Shown here piece by piece: positions 1-13,100 of a DNA stretch of 58,463 nt. This DNA is from Mesotaenium endlicherianum. Lineage: Eukaryota. The DNA is taken from assembly GCA_009602735.1 (NCBI GenBank), contig WELA01002258.1, positions 1-58,463 on the forward strand, read 5' to 3'. The notes beneath the pieces are model-generated. The model was not told the origin of the DNA. It did not search any database and saw nothing but the letters and a program-made list of their open reading frames with translations. A program made the translations under genes and the position numbers. How positions within the stretch are numbered: position 1 is the first letter of the stretch; every line of letters begins with the position of its first letter.

Positions 1-17
1 CCTTCGCGCCTCACGCG

Positions 18-1142
18 ATGGCCTCGCCGATGACCACGGTGCAGCTCAGCGCCGAGGTCATCTCGCTGGCGCTTCACTGCATGCCCACAGTCTCCTTCGC
101 GGAGCTCGGCGTGTCGATGGAAGCCACACGGCAAGCGACCCAGCTACTGCTCCAGTTGCGCAGGGCCAGCCAGCGCGCCTCTGACGGCAGGCCAACGTCA
201 GACGCGGCAGCCGCGGTGCTCTCCGCACCCGCGCGACCTGCGCATGAGCGCAGGATGATCAGCACGCCTAACGCTGCGTTTTTGGATAATTTGCAGGGCA
301 TCGTGCTGGTCAACACGCAGGCCCCGCAGCGCATCATGTTCGACACTGGCGCCCAGCCAGTCCTCATCAGCCTGCGCTACTTCCGCCAGCTGGGCCTCTC
401 GTCAGGTGACCTAGAGGATTCGCCTACGCGGATCAACACTGCTGCCGGCACGTCCGAGACCGTCACCGGGCGGACGCGGCTGGCCCTCCGCTTCACCTTT
501 CGGCCCGGCACTCCGGATGAGACGACCATCCATCGGCATGCGTTGGTCACTCGCTCCGAGACCTTCGACGTGCTCCTTGGCCAGGACGTGCTCTTTCCTA
601 TCGGCGCCGCAGTGGATAATTGGGTGGAGCGGGTCTTCTATCGACCCGACTGGCAGTCAGGGGGGACCCGCACTGCATCTGTGCCGCTTGACATCTTGGA
701 TCGTCGCTCAGCTGAGTCCGCCCTCTACGACTTCACGGCGCTGGATGACGGTCGGTCTGTAGTTCAGACCGATAAGGGGGGAGCCGAGGATGATGAGGTC
801 TCCGTCGGCGCCGACTTACTCGAGACGCAGGAGGAGGATCCCGAGCTGTCTGGTGCCGAGCTCCACCTCACGCCCCACGAGCAGGCTGACGCTCTGGCCG
901 CACAAGCCAGGGAGACAGTGCGGATCTACGCCGCGCATAACGCCATGATGCGTCAGATGGCGGCAGACGCCGTGGAGGCACACGCCGTTGCCACGGCTGC
1001 CCTTACTGCTGCAGCTCACGCTCATGACGCGGCCATAGCCGCAGCGGCCATACCTCGGCCACAGCCTCCTGCGACGAGCGGAACCTCCTCAAGATCACAC
1101 GTCCGCGTACGGCATGACGTGCCTGTGGGGGTCGCCATCTAG
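18..1142 (+). pseudogene. Retroviral-like aspartic protease region of element A
   Basis: IMFDTGAQPVLIS active-site motif and downstream FDVLLGQD motif. The homologous ILLDTGAQPVILG occurs in the other two DNMT elements. Confidence 0.85.
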
Positions 1143-1750
1143 TACCGCATGGCCTCCCAGTCGCCCTCACCCGCACCGTCGCACAGGACAGGCGACTCAT
1201 GGCCACGCACTACCACGTCTGAGGACAAGGCCATGAGGCAGGCAGCGTTCCCAGGCAGGTCCGACGACGCGTCATTGAGCAGCGAGGAGGAGGAGTGGCA
1301 GGAGTGGTCCCAGGAGGCCGCAGAGGAGCCCGCAGCCCAGCCATTGGCAGAGCCACTGCCGCCCACGCCTACAACTCGTGTCCGACGCCAGCCTACAGGG
1401 CCTTCCGGATTCAGTTCTCTCTCACAAGAGACCACGGCCAATCCCCGTCGAGCCCATCCATGCGCCGGCGGGTCTAGTCGTCCGATACAGCACGACTGTT
1501 CGACCAGCAACGAGTGCCTTGACGTCACACACTTGTTCGCTGGCAACAGCCTGAGCACAGGCTGGCCAAGTCGCGCCTCCGCCAGCACTGCCTCCACGGT
1601 TCCTTTCTCCGCTATCGACCCGCGTGCCGGACGTGCGCATCAGACAGTGGCCAGGACCAGCATCCTTGGTCCTCGACGTACAGGTCCTTCCCCCTACGCC
1701 GGGCCAGCTCTACGCTTCGCACGTCGCACTCTGCCCCTAGACCCGCGTAC

Positions 1751-1905
1751 ACGCGAGGTCACTCCAATCCGCGAGCATACCAGGGCTGCCCGCGAGGTCA
1801 TGCCTCTGCGCAACACTCCCAGGGACGCACGAGAGGTCACTCCTCTTCGTGAGGGGAGAGAGGTCACTCCTTTGCGCGAGACGCGCCCGCACTCAGTCAC
1901 ACCGC
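1751..1905 (+). repeat. Imperfect tandem repeat encoding REVTPLRE-like peptides (~4-5 units) in the PR-DNMT linker
   Basis: Recurrent (c/a)gaggtcactcc; ORF 1149..2021 reads REVTPIRE..REVMPLR..REVTPLRE.REVTPLRE. Confidence 0.7.
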
Positions 1906-2701
1906 CGTATGACGGTCCGCGCGATCTCCGCACCCGCGAGCATGACGCACAGTCTTCCTCCACCACGCATTATACCAAACACCGCCTGGCTGGCCTGCCA
2001 ACGTCCCGCGCAGTCACATAGCCGGCGACTGACCGTCTGGGTCACCTCCTCATAAGGTGGCCCGCACTGCTGCGCGCCTCCACGATCGTCATCCTCATCC
2101 GCACGCAACACGCGCAGGGCCCATGCAGCGCAGCCAGCGGGAGCGCGTCCGACTCCCATCTTTTTCGCCGCTGCGCCCGCGAGTCCAGCTCGCCCCACGT
2201 CAGCTCGTCCGTCCTCAACAGGCAGCACATTGGGACGAGCGCTCCGTCTGCACAGTGCCCCTTCAGGCGGATCTTCGCGAGCGTCAGCGTTCGTACTTTG
2301 ATTACCATTCCCAGCTGCCCTAGCGCACCACCACAGAGCAGCTGGCCCACGATGCTTCACACCACGCAGACTACAGGACAAGGGACCGATGGTAGCAGCA
2401 GTGCGTGCGCGACGCGCAGGCTCTGGCCCGCCCAGTGCCCGAGGAGGCCTTGCAGGACGCGCGTGCGCGCTGGCGCACTTATTAGGCACATTTTCGCACG
2501 GCTCGCCCGCAGCCGCTGCTCGACCGCATTCCTTGACTTACTCGCCACTACGCAGAGCTCGCAGTGGCGGCCCTCCACATGGCGCCCCATCAACACAGTC
2601 TGCTGCGCTCCTATCCACCGCCAGCGCAGGCCGGCGATCCCGCCCTGGGCTGTCGCCCCCTTCCTACGCCTATCTACACCGCACAGCTCGACGAGCGTCC
2701 C

Positions 2702-3660
2702 GGCGGCATTGTCCTTGTCGAGCTCTTCGCCGGCATTGCGACAGGGTTGTTGGCCACCCTGCAGGCTGGCATCCCCGTACGTCGGTACGTCTACATGGAC
2801 CCCGATGGCAAGGCGCAGCAGTTCGCCCGCAGGCAGATGGTCTTATGCCACGAGCGTTTCCCAGACCTCTTCCCAGAGCATGCCTTCTACCGCGCCCAGA
2901 CTGACTGGCCCATGGACATCCGCGACATTACCGCCGAGCACATCACGCGCCTCGGGCCCATCGACCTCATCATTGCTGGCTGGGAGTGCTAGGGCTTCTC
3001 CATTGCGGGACGAGGCAACGCGCTCGGTGACCCGCGTACGGCCTTGTTCTGGCACCTGCTCCGCGTCCTCAACATGGTTGAGGACCGCCAGCCGCCGCAC
3101 ACGCTCGCCTGGGTGCTGGAGAACGTGGCTGTCCGCCACGATTCGCGGCCCAACGTCAGCACCGACTTTGCCCTCTGCAGCAGCTACGTCGGTCGTGAGG
3201 CCGTCATCAACGCCGCTCAGATTGGTTCCTTCGCGCATCGTGTGCGCGCCTACTTCACCAACCTGGCCATGCCAGGGCACGCTTGAGGCGTTAGCGGCCG
3301 CACATCCACGCCACACGCGCAACGTTGACTCCATCCTCGACGTGGCGCGCCTGGCCCAGCGCGTGGTCGCCCTTCCGCATCCTTCTCAGGCCCAGTGTGA
3401 GGTCCTCCGCGACGTCACGCGGGCGCTTCCTACGTTCGTGAGTCGCTACGACAGCGCGGCCTACGTGGGCGACCAGCGCGGCATGATCATTGACCTCGAG
3501 AGTGGCATGTTCCAACGACCCCGTGCCGTGGAGATGGAGCGTGCGATGGGCTTCCCTCCACATCTCACACAAGTGGACGGCATCACCAAGGTCAACCGCA
3601 TGCGACTCCTTGGCCAGGCTATTGATGCCAACGTCTTGACGTGGCTTCTCCTGCAGACAC
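2702..3660 (+). pseudogene. DNMT3-like C5 cytosine methyltransferase domain in element A (one stop, one frameshift)
   Basis: Motif I VELFAGIATG; IV IDLIIAGWEC*GFS; VI WVLENV; VIII AHRVRAYFTNL; IX EMERAMGFP; X RMRLLGQAI. Confidence 0.9.
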
Positions 3661-4149
3661 AGGCCCTGACTCCCCCTTACGCCCAGGCTCGTCATCCTGA
3701 GATGGACCAGTTCTATGACGCCATGGATCGAGAATCCGACGGCGACGGCCGCGCCCCGCCTGGTACAACCTGGCATTCCCAGCGCGAGGGTCCAGCTTCC
3801 CAGCAGCCGACTGCGCCTTGTCTTGGTCCTCGTTCTGGTTCGCTGGAGGGGGGCAGGAGGAGACAGGAGTCCTCACAGCGACCCAGGGAGTTTCGTTCCC
3901 CGTTTCTTTTTCCACGCTCTCCGCCGCCTACAGGTGGTGCAGGGCAGATGGCAGCAGCTGCCGAGGAGAGGGCACCTGAGGCAGGCTGAGTGCAGCCAGT
4001 TGCAGGACAGGTGACGCCTGCAGACACACAGATCGCGTCAGCAGCAGGGCAGGAGGCGCCAGCTGCAGCGCAGGAGCCACCACCAGCTGTCCCTACTTGG
4101 AAGCTGGGGGGGACTCTCACTAGGGCACAGGCTGCTCAAGCTAACGGCA

Positions 4150-5454
4150 TTGCTGGATGCACGGCGCAGTGCCAGCTTTGCCAGCGGCATGCACGATCTT
4201 GGGCGCTACACAGGCGACCCTATGAGAATACCCCTCCAGACAGACATGCCCATCTTCCAGAAGCGCTACCGCTACAGCCGCTTTGAGGACGACCTGATCA
4301 GCACGCAGACAGGCAAGCTAGAGGAGTGTCAGCTCATTTGTGAGTCTGCCTTCACCTACGCTGCGCCCACAGTCATGCCAGCCAAGAAGGACGCCTCAGG
4401 CAACTGGTCTGAGAAGAGGATGTGCGGTGACTATTGTAAGCTTAACGAGGTCACTGAGCAGGACAGATACCCTATGCTGACCCCTGACGAGATCTTCGAC
4501 GACATCGGCGCTTGTACTTGGTTCTCGGTGCTGGATTTGAGGCAGGGCTTCAACCAGATACCCATTGCGGAGGAGGACCAGCATAAGACGGCTTTTGGGG
4601 GATCGCAGCGTCTCTACGAGTGGAGGGTTATGCCCTTCGGCTTGAAGAACGCTCCTGCCACCTTCCAGCGAGTCATGGATAAGGAGCTCGCAGGGCTCGC
4701 CTTTGCTTGGTGCTTCATCGATGACGTGCTCGTCTTCAGTGAGACATTTGAGGAGCACGTGGCGCATATCACTACAGTTCTGGACCGCTTGGAGGCTGTT
4801 GGGCTCAAGTGTCATTCAAGCAAGTGCACCTTTGGGACCCGGGAGGTGGAGTACCTCGGGCATCTTCTGTCTTCCAGTGGTTTGGCTCCTCACCTGGCCG
4901 AGGTCTCGGCCATCACAGGCATCCCGCCGCCGACCGACCTCTAGCACTTGAGGGCCTTTCTTGGCATCGCCAACTACTATTGCCGCTTTGTGCCAAGGTT
5001 CAGCGAGCTGGCCAAGCCGCTCAACGACTTGCTACGCAAGGGCGTTGCCTACGTATGGGGACCAGAGCAGCAGGCAGCGTTTGACAAGCTCAAGGAGCTG
5101 TTGGTGAGCGCCCCAGTACTACGGCGTCCTGACTATCATAAGCCCTTCATCCTCCACATCGACTGGTCGCAGGCAGGGCTTGGAGCAGTGCTGGTGCAGG
5201 AGCATGACGGCTTCGAGCATGTGGTGGCGTATGCCAGCCGCAGCAACAACCGTGCCGAGGGCAACTACGGCTCCAATGAGGGGGAGTGCCTGGCAGCAGT
5301 ATGGGCAATTGTGCATTTCAGGCACTATCTCTACGGCACCCACTTCCGCTTGGTCACCGACCATCAGCCACTCAAGTGGCTCATGACATTGGAGCGCCTG
5401 ACGGGCAAGTACGCACGGTGGGCGCTCATCTTGCAGGAGTACATACACCTTTGA
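4150..5454 (+). pseudogene. Reverse transcriptase and RNase H of element A
   Basis: RMCGDY, LDLRQGFNQI, MPFGLKNAPATFQR, FIDDVLVFS; RNase H IDWSQAGLGAVL, AYASR, VTDHQPLKWL. TAG at 4942. Confidence 0.93.
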
Positions 5455-5455
5455 C

Positions 5456-7185
5456 GTGCATCATCGTCCAGGGTCGACGAACCTGGACGCTGACGGCCTC
5501 AACCGCAACCCGCTGCCCTCTTCGCTAGACCTCACGGTAACCCGCCACGATGAGGATGAGCCGGTGGCCTGGCACGCAGCGGCATTCTTGGCCTTCATCG
5601 TTGACGGCGACGTGCGGCCCGCAGGGCTCACTAGCCTAGACATGGTGACTGTCACCACTCGACGACTAGCCTTGGCAGTAGCTGAGGAGCAGGACAGCTG
5701 GCAGCGCGGGCCCGAGGACGTGTGGGACGACACCCCGGTGCTGCAGTACGTCACGGCCAAGGAGTTGGTCCCAGGCATTAGTGCCCGCGAGCGTGACCGC
5801 GTCCTCAAGCGTAGCCGGGACTTCGTCTTCATGGAGGGGCGCATGCGGCGAGTGATGGCGGACGGCTCTGTCCTGGTGGTCCCTGAGCCCGCTATACGCA
5901 GCCAGTTGGTGCGACGTGTGCACGAGACGCTTGGACACTTCGGTGTTAAGCGCACTCTCAGCCTCCTCCAGGCTGAGTACTGGTGGCACGGCATGACTAA
6001 GGTTGTCGCCGACGTCGTCAGCAGCTGCACACTTTGCGACCGGGTGCGCTCGAGCTTCACAGCCCGCACCGTCGCTCTCAGTCCTCTCCCTATTCAGGGG
6101 CTGTTCTACAGGTGGTCGCTCGACTTGGCTGGGGAGCTGCCCAAGTCTCGCCGAGGCAACCTCTATGTCTTGGTGATGATCGAGCACATGTCCAAGTGGA
6201 TTGAGCTTGTGCCGTTGCCCAGCAAGGCCAATGAGGGGATTGCCTAGGCTTTCCTCGATCACGTCCTTAGCCGCTTTGGCAATTGCGCTGAGGTCCTCAC
6301 CGACCAAGGCAAAGAGTTCCAAAGCAGCTTTAGAGCGCTCAATGATCGACCACCGCACCACCTCCCGCGACCATCCCCAGGCTGACGGTCTCGCAGTGCG
6401 CATGGTGCAGACCCAAGCTTGGGCTGCAAAAGTACTGCTTGGCCCACGACAGCACCCACTGGGACGACGCCCTCCCATGGTTGGCTATGGGGTACAGGTT
6501 CAGTAAGCAGGCCTCCTTGGCCTCACATTCTCCCTACTTCCTTCTCTACAGCCGACAGCCAGTCCTGCCCGCAGCAGCCAGGACCGTGGCCGAAAACGTT
6601 TTGGACTTGGACAATCCCGAGACGTGGAGCGCTCTTATCGGGCAGCGTGCACAGCTCTTTCAGCGCCTGATGCCCATGGCCATGGACAACCTCAGCATTG
6701 CTCAGCACCGCGACACACTGAGGTATGCCATGACTCGTGGAGGAGCCTATCGGCCGTGAGTGTTGCAGTTCTCCGCAGGTGACTTCGTGTACCTGCGACG
6801 CCAGACGAAGAACACCCTCGACACCAGCAGCTTGCCCGTCATCCTACGCGCCAGGCGTGTCTTGGTGTCAGGAGTTCTAGAGTTGGAAGGCGCAGATGGC
6901 CGTCTTCACAAGGACCACACAAAGAATTGTGGACCATGCCACCTTCCCAACCTTGACATGCTGGTTCGTCCTCGCAACGCGAGGCCGCCCAAGGATTGGG
7001 CGTGCCAAATCTGCCACAGCCCCGGCCAGGAGGCCAGCATGCTGCTCTGCGACAGCTGCAACCTCGGCTTCCACATCGGTTGCCTTGACCCGCCGCTGGC
7101 CCGCGTGCCTGCTGGCGACTGGTTTTGTAGCGACTGCACTGCTTTAGCTCTAGACAGCGATCACAACCCATCAGCTGGTGGCTGA
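5456..7185 (+). pseudogene. Integrase (HHCC + DDE) with C-terminal PHD finger, element A
   Basis: HETLGH..CTLC; WSLDLAGELP, LTDQG, HPQADG; PHD CQIC..CDSC...HIGC..WFCSDC at ~7002-7137. Confidence 0.9.
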
Positions 7186-7210
7186 GAGCTGGGGGGGGAA
7201 AGAAAACATT

Positions 7211-7767
7211 TGAAAGTGAATCTGAAACTTGAGGAAGCTTCCTCTAGGAGTAGGTGATGCAGTCACCAAGTTATAGCCTCAATGATGCACTTATACTATG
7301 AAAATGCAAGACTTATGTAGTCTAAAGGGCTCGCGGATTTGTGCGCACAAAGCTAGGGGTCCTTGGGGTCACGAATAGTCAACATTGTCACCTTTGGGTG
7401 CATTGAGTCACAAGTTGGCCATTTGGTGTGATTCCGCTAGGTGCCGAAAGGAGTGCGGACTAGATCGCGTCTATCTCGCTCGATAATTAACCAAATGACG
7501 CGAAACCGGTGCCATTTGGAAGATGCTTCGACGCGCTACACTTTGGTGACTCGGAAATCTAGAGAAGGTCAACATATGGATGCGTAAAGTCAATGCAAAG
7601 TTGGTCTTCCTAGGTTGATGGTTCACACACGTAGAGCTTGGTTTTGCACGTCAACCTCGACTTAATAAATCATGACATCAATCAAAATTGTTTGATAAAC
7701 TCCCTTGATCCTGCCCAGTACCAAAAACCTTGAGAGTGTGCATTCCATTTAGCTATGGACCATAACA
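7211..7767. mobile_element. Possible LTR-derived fragment (AT-richer, TG...CA bounded)
   Basis: Composition shifts right after the PPT; ends are tgaaag and cataaca. No TSD and no second copy in the window. Confidence 0.25.
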
Positions 7768-8145
7768 TGTGCACAGCATGCCATCCGCCCAAGTTCCTCA
7801 GTCTGTCCCGCTTATGTCATATGGGATATTACCTTATCAAGAGTTAACCAAGCATACCTCATCGGCTAGCCAATTGCAATGTGGCCTCGTGGTGATGGCC
7901 TGCGTAAGTGTCACTTGGCCTGGAGCAGCAAGGGAAGCTTGTGCCTATCGTTGTTCAACCCTGCAGCCCATGCAGCTTTCTAGAATAACACTGGTTGTCT
8001 CATTGCTCTGCTGCGATCCTAATCTAGAAGCTATAACACCAACATAAATAGACGCAACGCTAAAAATATGGGTCGCACCTCCTAGCTGTGGCAGTCAGAC
8101 CTGATAATTGAGGGAGAGGTACCTGGAAGTGATATATTCTGGAAC

Positions 8146-10155
8146 TTATCGAGGCGTAACTTCGGAAACAAACGGGACACTGATAGCAGAAGTGCCTTCG
8201 GAGCCGAGCATTGGTGCCTCAGACCCCATGCTGCCACTGGAGGGGTAGGAAGCAAGCCCTGACGAGGGCAGCCCCGTGGAGTCGCCCGCTCTTCGTATTA
8301 GCGGCTCCGAAGGCTCCATGTACTGCAGGTGGGCTTCACCGCTCACTATCTCTTCCAGGCGGGTGGCCACCTGTGCCATGGATGGCCGATCTGCAGCGCA
8401 CAACTTGACGCAGTCGAATGCCAGCTCTATGACGTGTGCAAGCGCCTGCTCCGAGAACTCCCCCATCGTAAGATCGATCACAGAAGTCCAGCCCGAAGTG
8501 GAGAGGTTCCATTTGACCTGCGCCCACATCAATAGAGTACGGTGCGCTGTTACAGCCTCCGGCCAGTCGCTACATGGACCCAAAATATGTGGCAGGCAGC
8601 AACCCAGGCGGGCGTATAAACGGGAAGGTCAGACGCTTACCCAAGCTATCAATGATTTGGTCTCCTCTGGGTTCTCCAGGTCCTTCACAATGGGGCGCTT
8701 CCCGGTGCACAGCTCCAGCAGCACCACTCCAAAGCTGCGGTGAGCATGGCACGCAGGCAGCTAGTCAGTGCAATCAAATTGAGTGATGGCTTTGTAGTCC
8801 CCACGGGCCAGGCACAATCATGCAGGCGCCGACATAATCCATATTCTCAATCTCTCCCTCCATTTCTCTGCTTACTGCAGCTCATGTACTTGGCCAAAGG
8901 ACTTGTATGACTGAGAAAGGCCTGTAGTATACACCTGTACACGTCGCTCTTGGGCGTGACTCGGAAGGTGGAGAAGTATTCGGGGTCCATGTAGCCGCGC
9001 GTGCCCGCCAGCCGCGCCGTGTTGAGGTTGTCGGCTCCATCGCCCAGCCGCTTCAGCAGCCCAAAGTCCGCCACCTTGGCCTGCACCGCGCACGCACAAC
9101 AGCAGCGCCGCAAGGGCCGACTGAGTACGTTGCGCCACCACAAGGGCGCGCACGTGCGAGAGGTGCGGCAGTTGGCGGCTTCATAGTCTTCTAGTCAAAT
9201 GAAGCCTTGGGGTGAGGGTGGGGGTGGGGGTGGGGGTGGGCACCTGGAGCTTGGCGTCCAGCAAAATGTTCTCGGCCTTGACGTCGCGGTGGATGATGGG
9301 CTCCTTGGCAAACGAGTGCAGGTAGCTCAGCCCGCGCGCCGCCCCCACCGCAATCATTAGCCTCTGCTCAAACGTCAGCGGCTGCCTCCCGCTACCTGGC
9401 AGCACACAGAAGCACGTGCAACACGCTTGCTCCAGTCAGCCAGTCAGTCTGTGAGTCCGCCGGCAAGAGTGCTGGCCCTCGTCTGAGTCCCCCCCTCCGA
9501 GAGGAAAAGAGACACTGAGAGAGAGAGAGAGAGGAGGGGGGGGGGGGGGGNNNNATAAGGTGGGGGGGGGGGGGGGGGCACCTTGCTTGGGGTACAGCCA
9601 GTCGTCCACGGTGGCGTTGGGCATGAACTCGTACACAAAGATCTGCTCGCCCTTGTCGGTGCAGAAGCCCAGCAGCGCCACCAGGTTCACGTGGTTGAGC
9701 TGCGATATCAGGTCCACCTGCACGCTCCCCCCCACCCCTGCCCACCTTAGTGCCAGCCTGGACGGCCAGCCGGTCTCCCCAGCAGTACCTCCATGGCGCA
9801 AGTGTGCAGAGGGGCATGGGGACGGGCACGGCTTTATCCAATCACCCCAGCCCTGCCTGGCTGCAACTACATACTGTCAGGTACGTGTTCTGCAACGCGA
9901 TTCCAAAAGCAGGCTCAAGTCCGCGACAATGGCACTTGCCTCCTCGGCGAAGTCCTTGAAGCCCTGCTGGGTGGCCTTGTTGGCGCGCTTCACGGCCCAC
10001 GCCTTGCCGTCGGGGCCCTGGCCCTTGTACACCGTGCCAAACCCGCCCGCGCCCATGCTGTTGGCGTCGCTGAAGTTGTCCGTTGCCCTCTCCAGCTCCG
10101 CCAGAGGGATGTACTGCACCGCCCCCGCCTTGAGCTTGCGCAGCAGCACCTGCCC
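8146..10155 (-). other. Pelle/RLK-type cytoplasmic kinase domain exons
   Basis: [58 protein letters not shown]. Confidence 0.92.
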
Positions 10156-13100
10156 CTCTGCACACTCACCCGAATCCCACACAATCCCCTCCCGCCTCAG
10201 ACACACCCCTCTCTTGCCCTTCTCACTACCTCGGAGGCCGGGTGGCGGAACGAGGCCCAGGGTTTGCAGACGCGAGATAGCATGTGTGCAACACCCACCT
10301 AGGTCCAGAGGGCCCTGCTGGTTGTAGCGCCGGCGGCCCCACACGATGGCCGCCAACAGCAGCACAGCCGCCAGCACACACGCTCCCACAGCCGTGCCAG
10401 CTATCGCCCCCGTCGAAAACCCCTTGGACGCCGCTGCAGCACGGCAACAGACAGGGACAGGGTAGTCGCACTCAGCCTTCAGTTCTCGCCACACGTATCA
10501 AAACAGAGTCACACTAAACGAGGGCCGATGCACTCCCTGTGTATGAGAGTGGGTGCGTGCGTGCTAACGACTAACCTAGGGGCGCTTCGGGGCCGGGCAG
10601 CACATCCTGCAGCTCCAGGGCGTTGAGCTTGGGCTCCTGCAGGCGGCTGCCCTGGCTGGGCATGATGCGCACGCGGATGGTGGAGCTAGACGCGCCCAGG
10701 CTCACGCGGAAGTCGCGGAACAGCGCCGCCCGTGGCCCCACCTCCTTGACCACGTCCAGCCCGCTCAGCACCAGCTGCACCCCTCCACCCCCCCCCGCCC
10801 CTGTTCTGTAAGAGGCATGCGGACAGACAGACACAGGGGAGCAACGGTGCTGCGCGCACGCACACTCACTCATGCAGATACGACCCCCCTCCTCCTAGGT
10901 GATTCCCTGTCCCCCTCTAGAGAAGTTTCGTTTAATTTGTCCCATAGACCCTCACATACACGGTCATGTCACGTGGCACACCTGCCCCTCTCTCTCTCCC
11001 GCACAGACCCACACAGAGGGGGAGAGAGAGCGAAGGGCAGAGATGGCTTCCACCCATGACACGGCAGCACCCTCTGCCATGCTGTTGGAGGCGGACAGAC
11101 AGCAAGCAGCACACTCACCTGCTCGTTGATGAAGATGTCGAGCACGCGGCCGCCCACGTCCTCCACTGTCAACTCCGCAAAGTGCAGGCGCACGACAAAC
11201 TTGTTGGACGAGCTGACAGCGATGGAGATGCTGAGGCCGTCGGGCCCCAGGTGCTCCTCGCGCACCAGCCGCTCACTCTGGTACGCGGCCAGCGGCAGAA
11301 ACTGCGGCGCTTCCCCCGTGCCGCGGATGGGCACCAGGACGGTGTTGGTGGTGGTGTTGGGGTTGGTGTACTGCGTGGGGTCGTCAGTACGCCACAAGCG
11401 CCCGCCTGCCAGCAGCACACACTCGCCCGCATACCCCTCGGGGGGGCAGGCTCCTCTTGTCAGCTGCATGCTCCTTCTCCCAGCACGGCACAGACGGCAT
11501 GATTTCCGCGTGACCTGCGCCGCAATGTTTGCGTCTGTGTGCGTGTGTGGGTGAGTGAGACAGGGATAGGAGGAGAGACACGAGCCTTACTTGGATCCAT
11601 ATATGGCATGCCCCCGATGTTCTTCCTGTTGGGGCCAAAGAGCTGGAGAATGTCTTTAGTGGTGGTGGTTTGATTGAACAGCCCCTCCGGCTGCGCCACA
11701 ATCTGCAGCATGCCCACACACACAGACACGCGCACACCAACACGCCGGTCGGCTGGAGGGGAAGTGTAGACCAAGCAAACAAGACCGCCCGCCCGCCCGC
11801 CCGCCCGCCGCCCATTGCTCGTCCGCATTCCGAGTGATTGAAGAACAGAGTGCAAGCCATGAGCTCCTCCGCATCCTTCTCCTCCTCCTCCTCCTCCTCC
11901 TCCTGCTGCTGCTGCTGCTGCTGCACATTTGCTGGGAGGGAGGTAAGGTGCCCACCTCAATGGCAGAAACCATGGGGTCCCCAATGGAGCGGGAGAAGGT
12001 GATGGTGAGGTTGGGGCCCGGGACGGCGAGCGAGAACTCGTAAAAGTACATCTCCCCGGCTTCGGGCGGCCTCAGCTGGCTCACCACCTGCAGTCCCACG
12101 CGCTCTCAGCCTCTCAGAAGATGTGCGCAGATCGCGACAGCGGGACGATAGCCGCCTCAGGGTCCTACCCCCCTCCGTCAGCCCTAGGAATGGAGAAAGG
12201 GGGGGGGGAGCTGCTGCTTACGAGGAAGCCATTGAGCAGGATGCTGTAGGAGCGCAGCAGTGGGGACGAGAACTCAAACTCGCCAAAGTACACCCGCACC
12301 TGCAGCCCACCCACAGCCGAAGCAGAGAGAGTGGGATGCCGCATGCTCTTCCCTGCTCCCTGCCAGCCGCGAATGCCCTAGCTGAGTGTGCTTGAATGTG
12401 AGGGGAGCATACCAGGTACAGCCCGGGAGCAGACTCAATGGGAATGCTGTAGCTGTTGTTGGCCCCCCCTGGCCAGTATCTGTAGGATGCGTACAGCTCG
12501 GCGCTGTTCTCCATCTGCGACAGCTGTCTCTGGATGTTCTTCAGCGACCCACTCGCGGCAACACCGCTGCTGAAGTAGTTGTCGGCAGCCCAGAGGTTGC
12601 CGGCGGGGTCTGTGTACTCCGGGCCCCCACAGTTGATCCGGATGGCGCCTGCCCCCCCCTCAGTCCCACCCATGGCATACACGCATCATGTCAGGGTGAG
12701 TGGACCCGCTGCTGCCGCTTGGCGCCCTGACACGATCGATGATCACCACCAGCAGCAGCACGTCTTGCAGTGCCGGGGAGGAGAGAGCGTGGCACCTTCA
12801 GAGCTAAGAGGGGGGGCCACGAAGATGGAGTAGAGCAGCTCCACGCCGCAGAGCAGCGCCTCCTGCACGCGGCTGCCGTTGCTGGGGCGCACCTCGTACG
12901 CCACCGTGTTGTTGGCGCCCCCCGCCTGCACCTTGAAGTCCAGATACGTGGCGCGCATGGACCCCACCTCCTTCACCAGGTCCAGGCCGCTGCGCACCAC
13001 CTGCGAGAGAGAGAGAGAGAGGGAGGCAGAGAAAGCGAGCACACGACACCACAGGAGCCGGCAAGTCAGCCCCCCTGAGGCCGTAAGCGCCCGCACGGCT

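Larger units (their letters stand above)
1..7198 (+). mobile_element. Degenerate Ty3/Gypsy retrotransposon, family A (PR-DNMT-RT-RH-IN-PHD); 5' end lies outside the window
   Basis: Domains in order: protease (FDTGAQPVL), C5-MTase motifs, RT (LDLRQGFNQ, MPFGLKNAP, FIDD), RNase H, integrase (HHCC, DDE), PHD finger, then a G-run PPT at ~7191-7198. Many stops and frameshifts. Confidence 0.93.

Noticed and set aside
1751..1905. CRISPR-like repeat array
   Set aside because: Units are short, irregularly spaced and in frame within a TE ORF; eukaryotic context with no cas genes.
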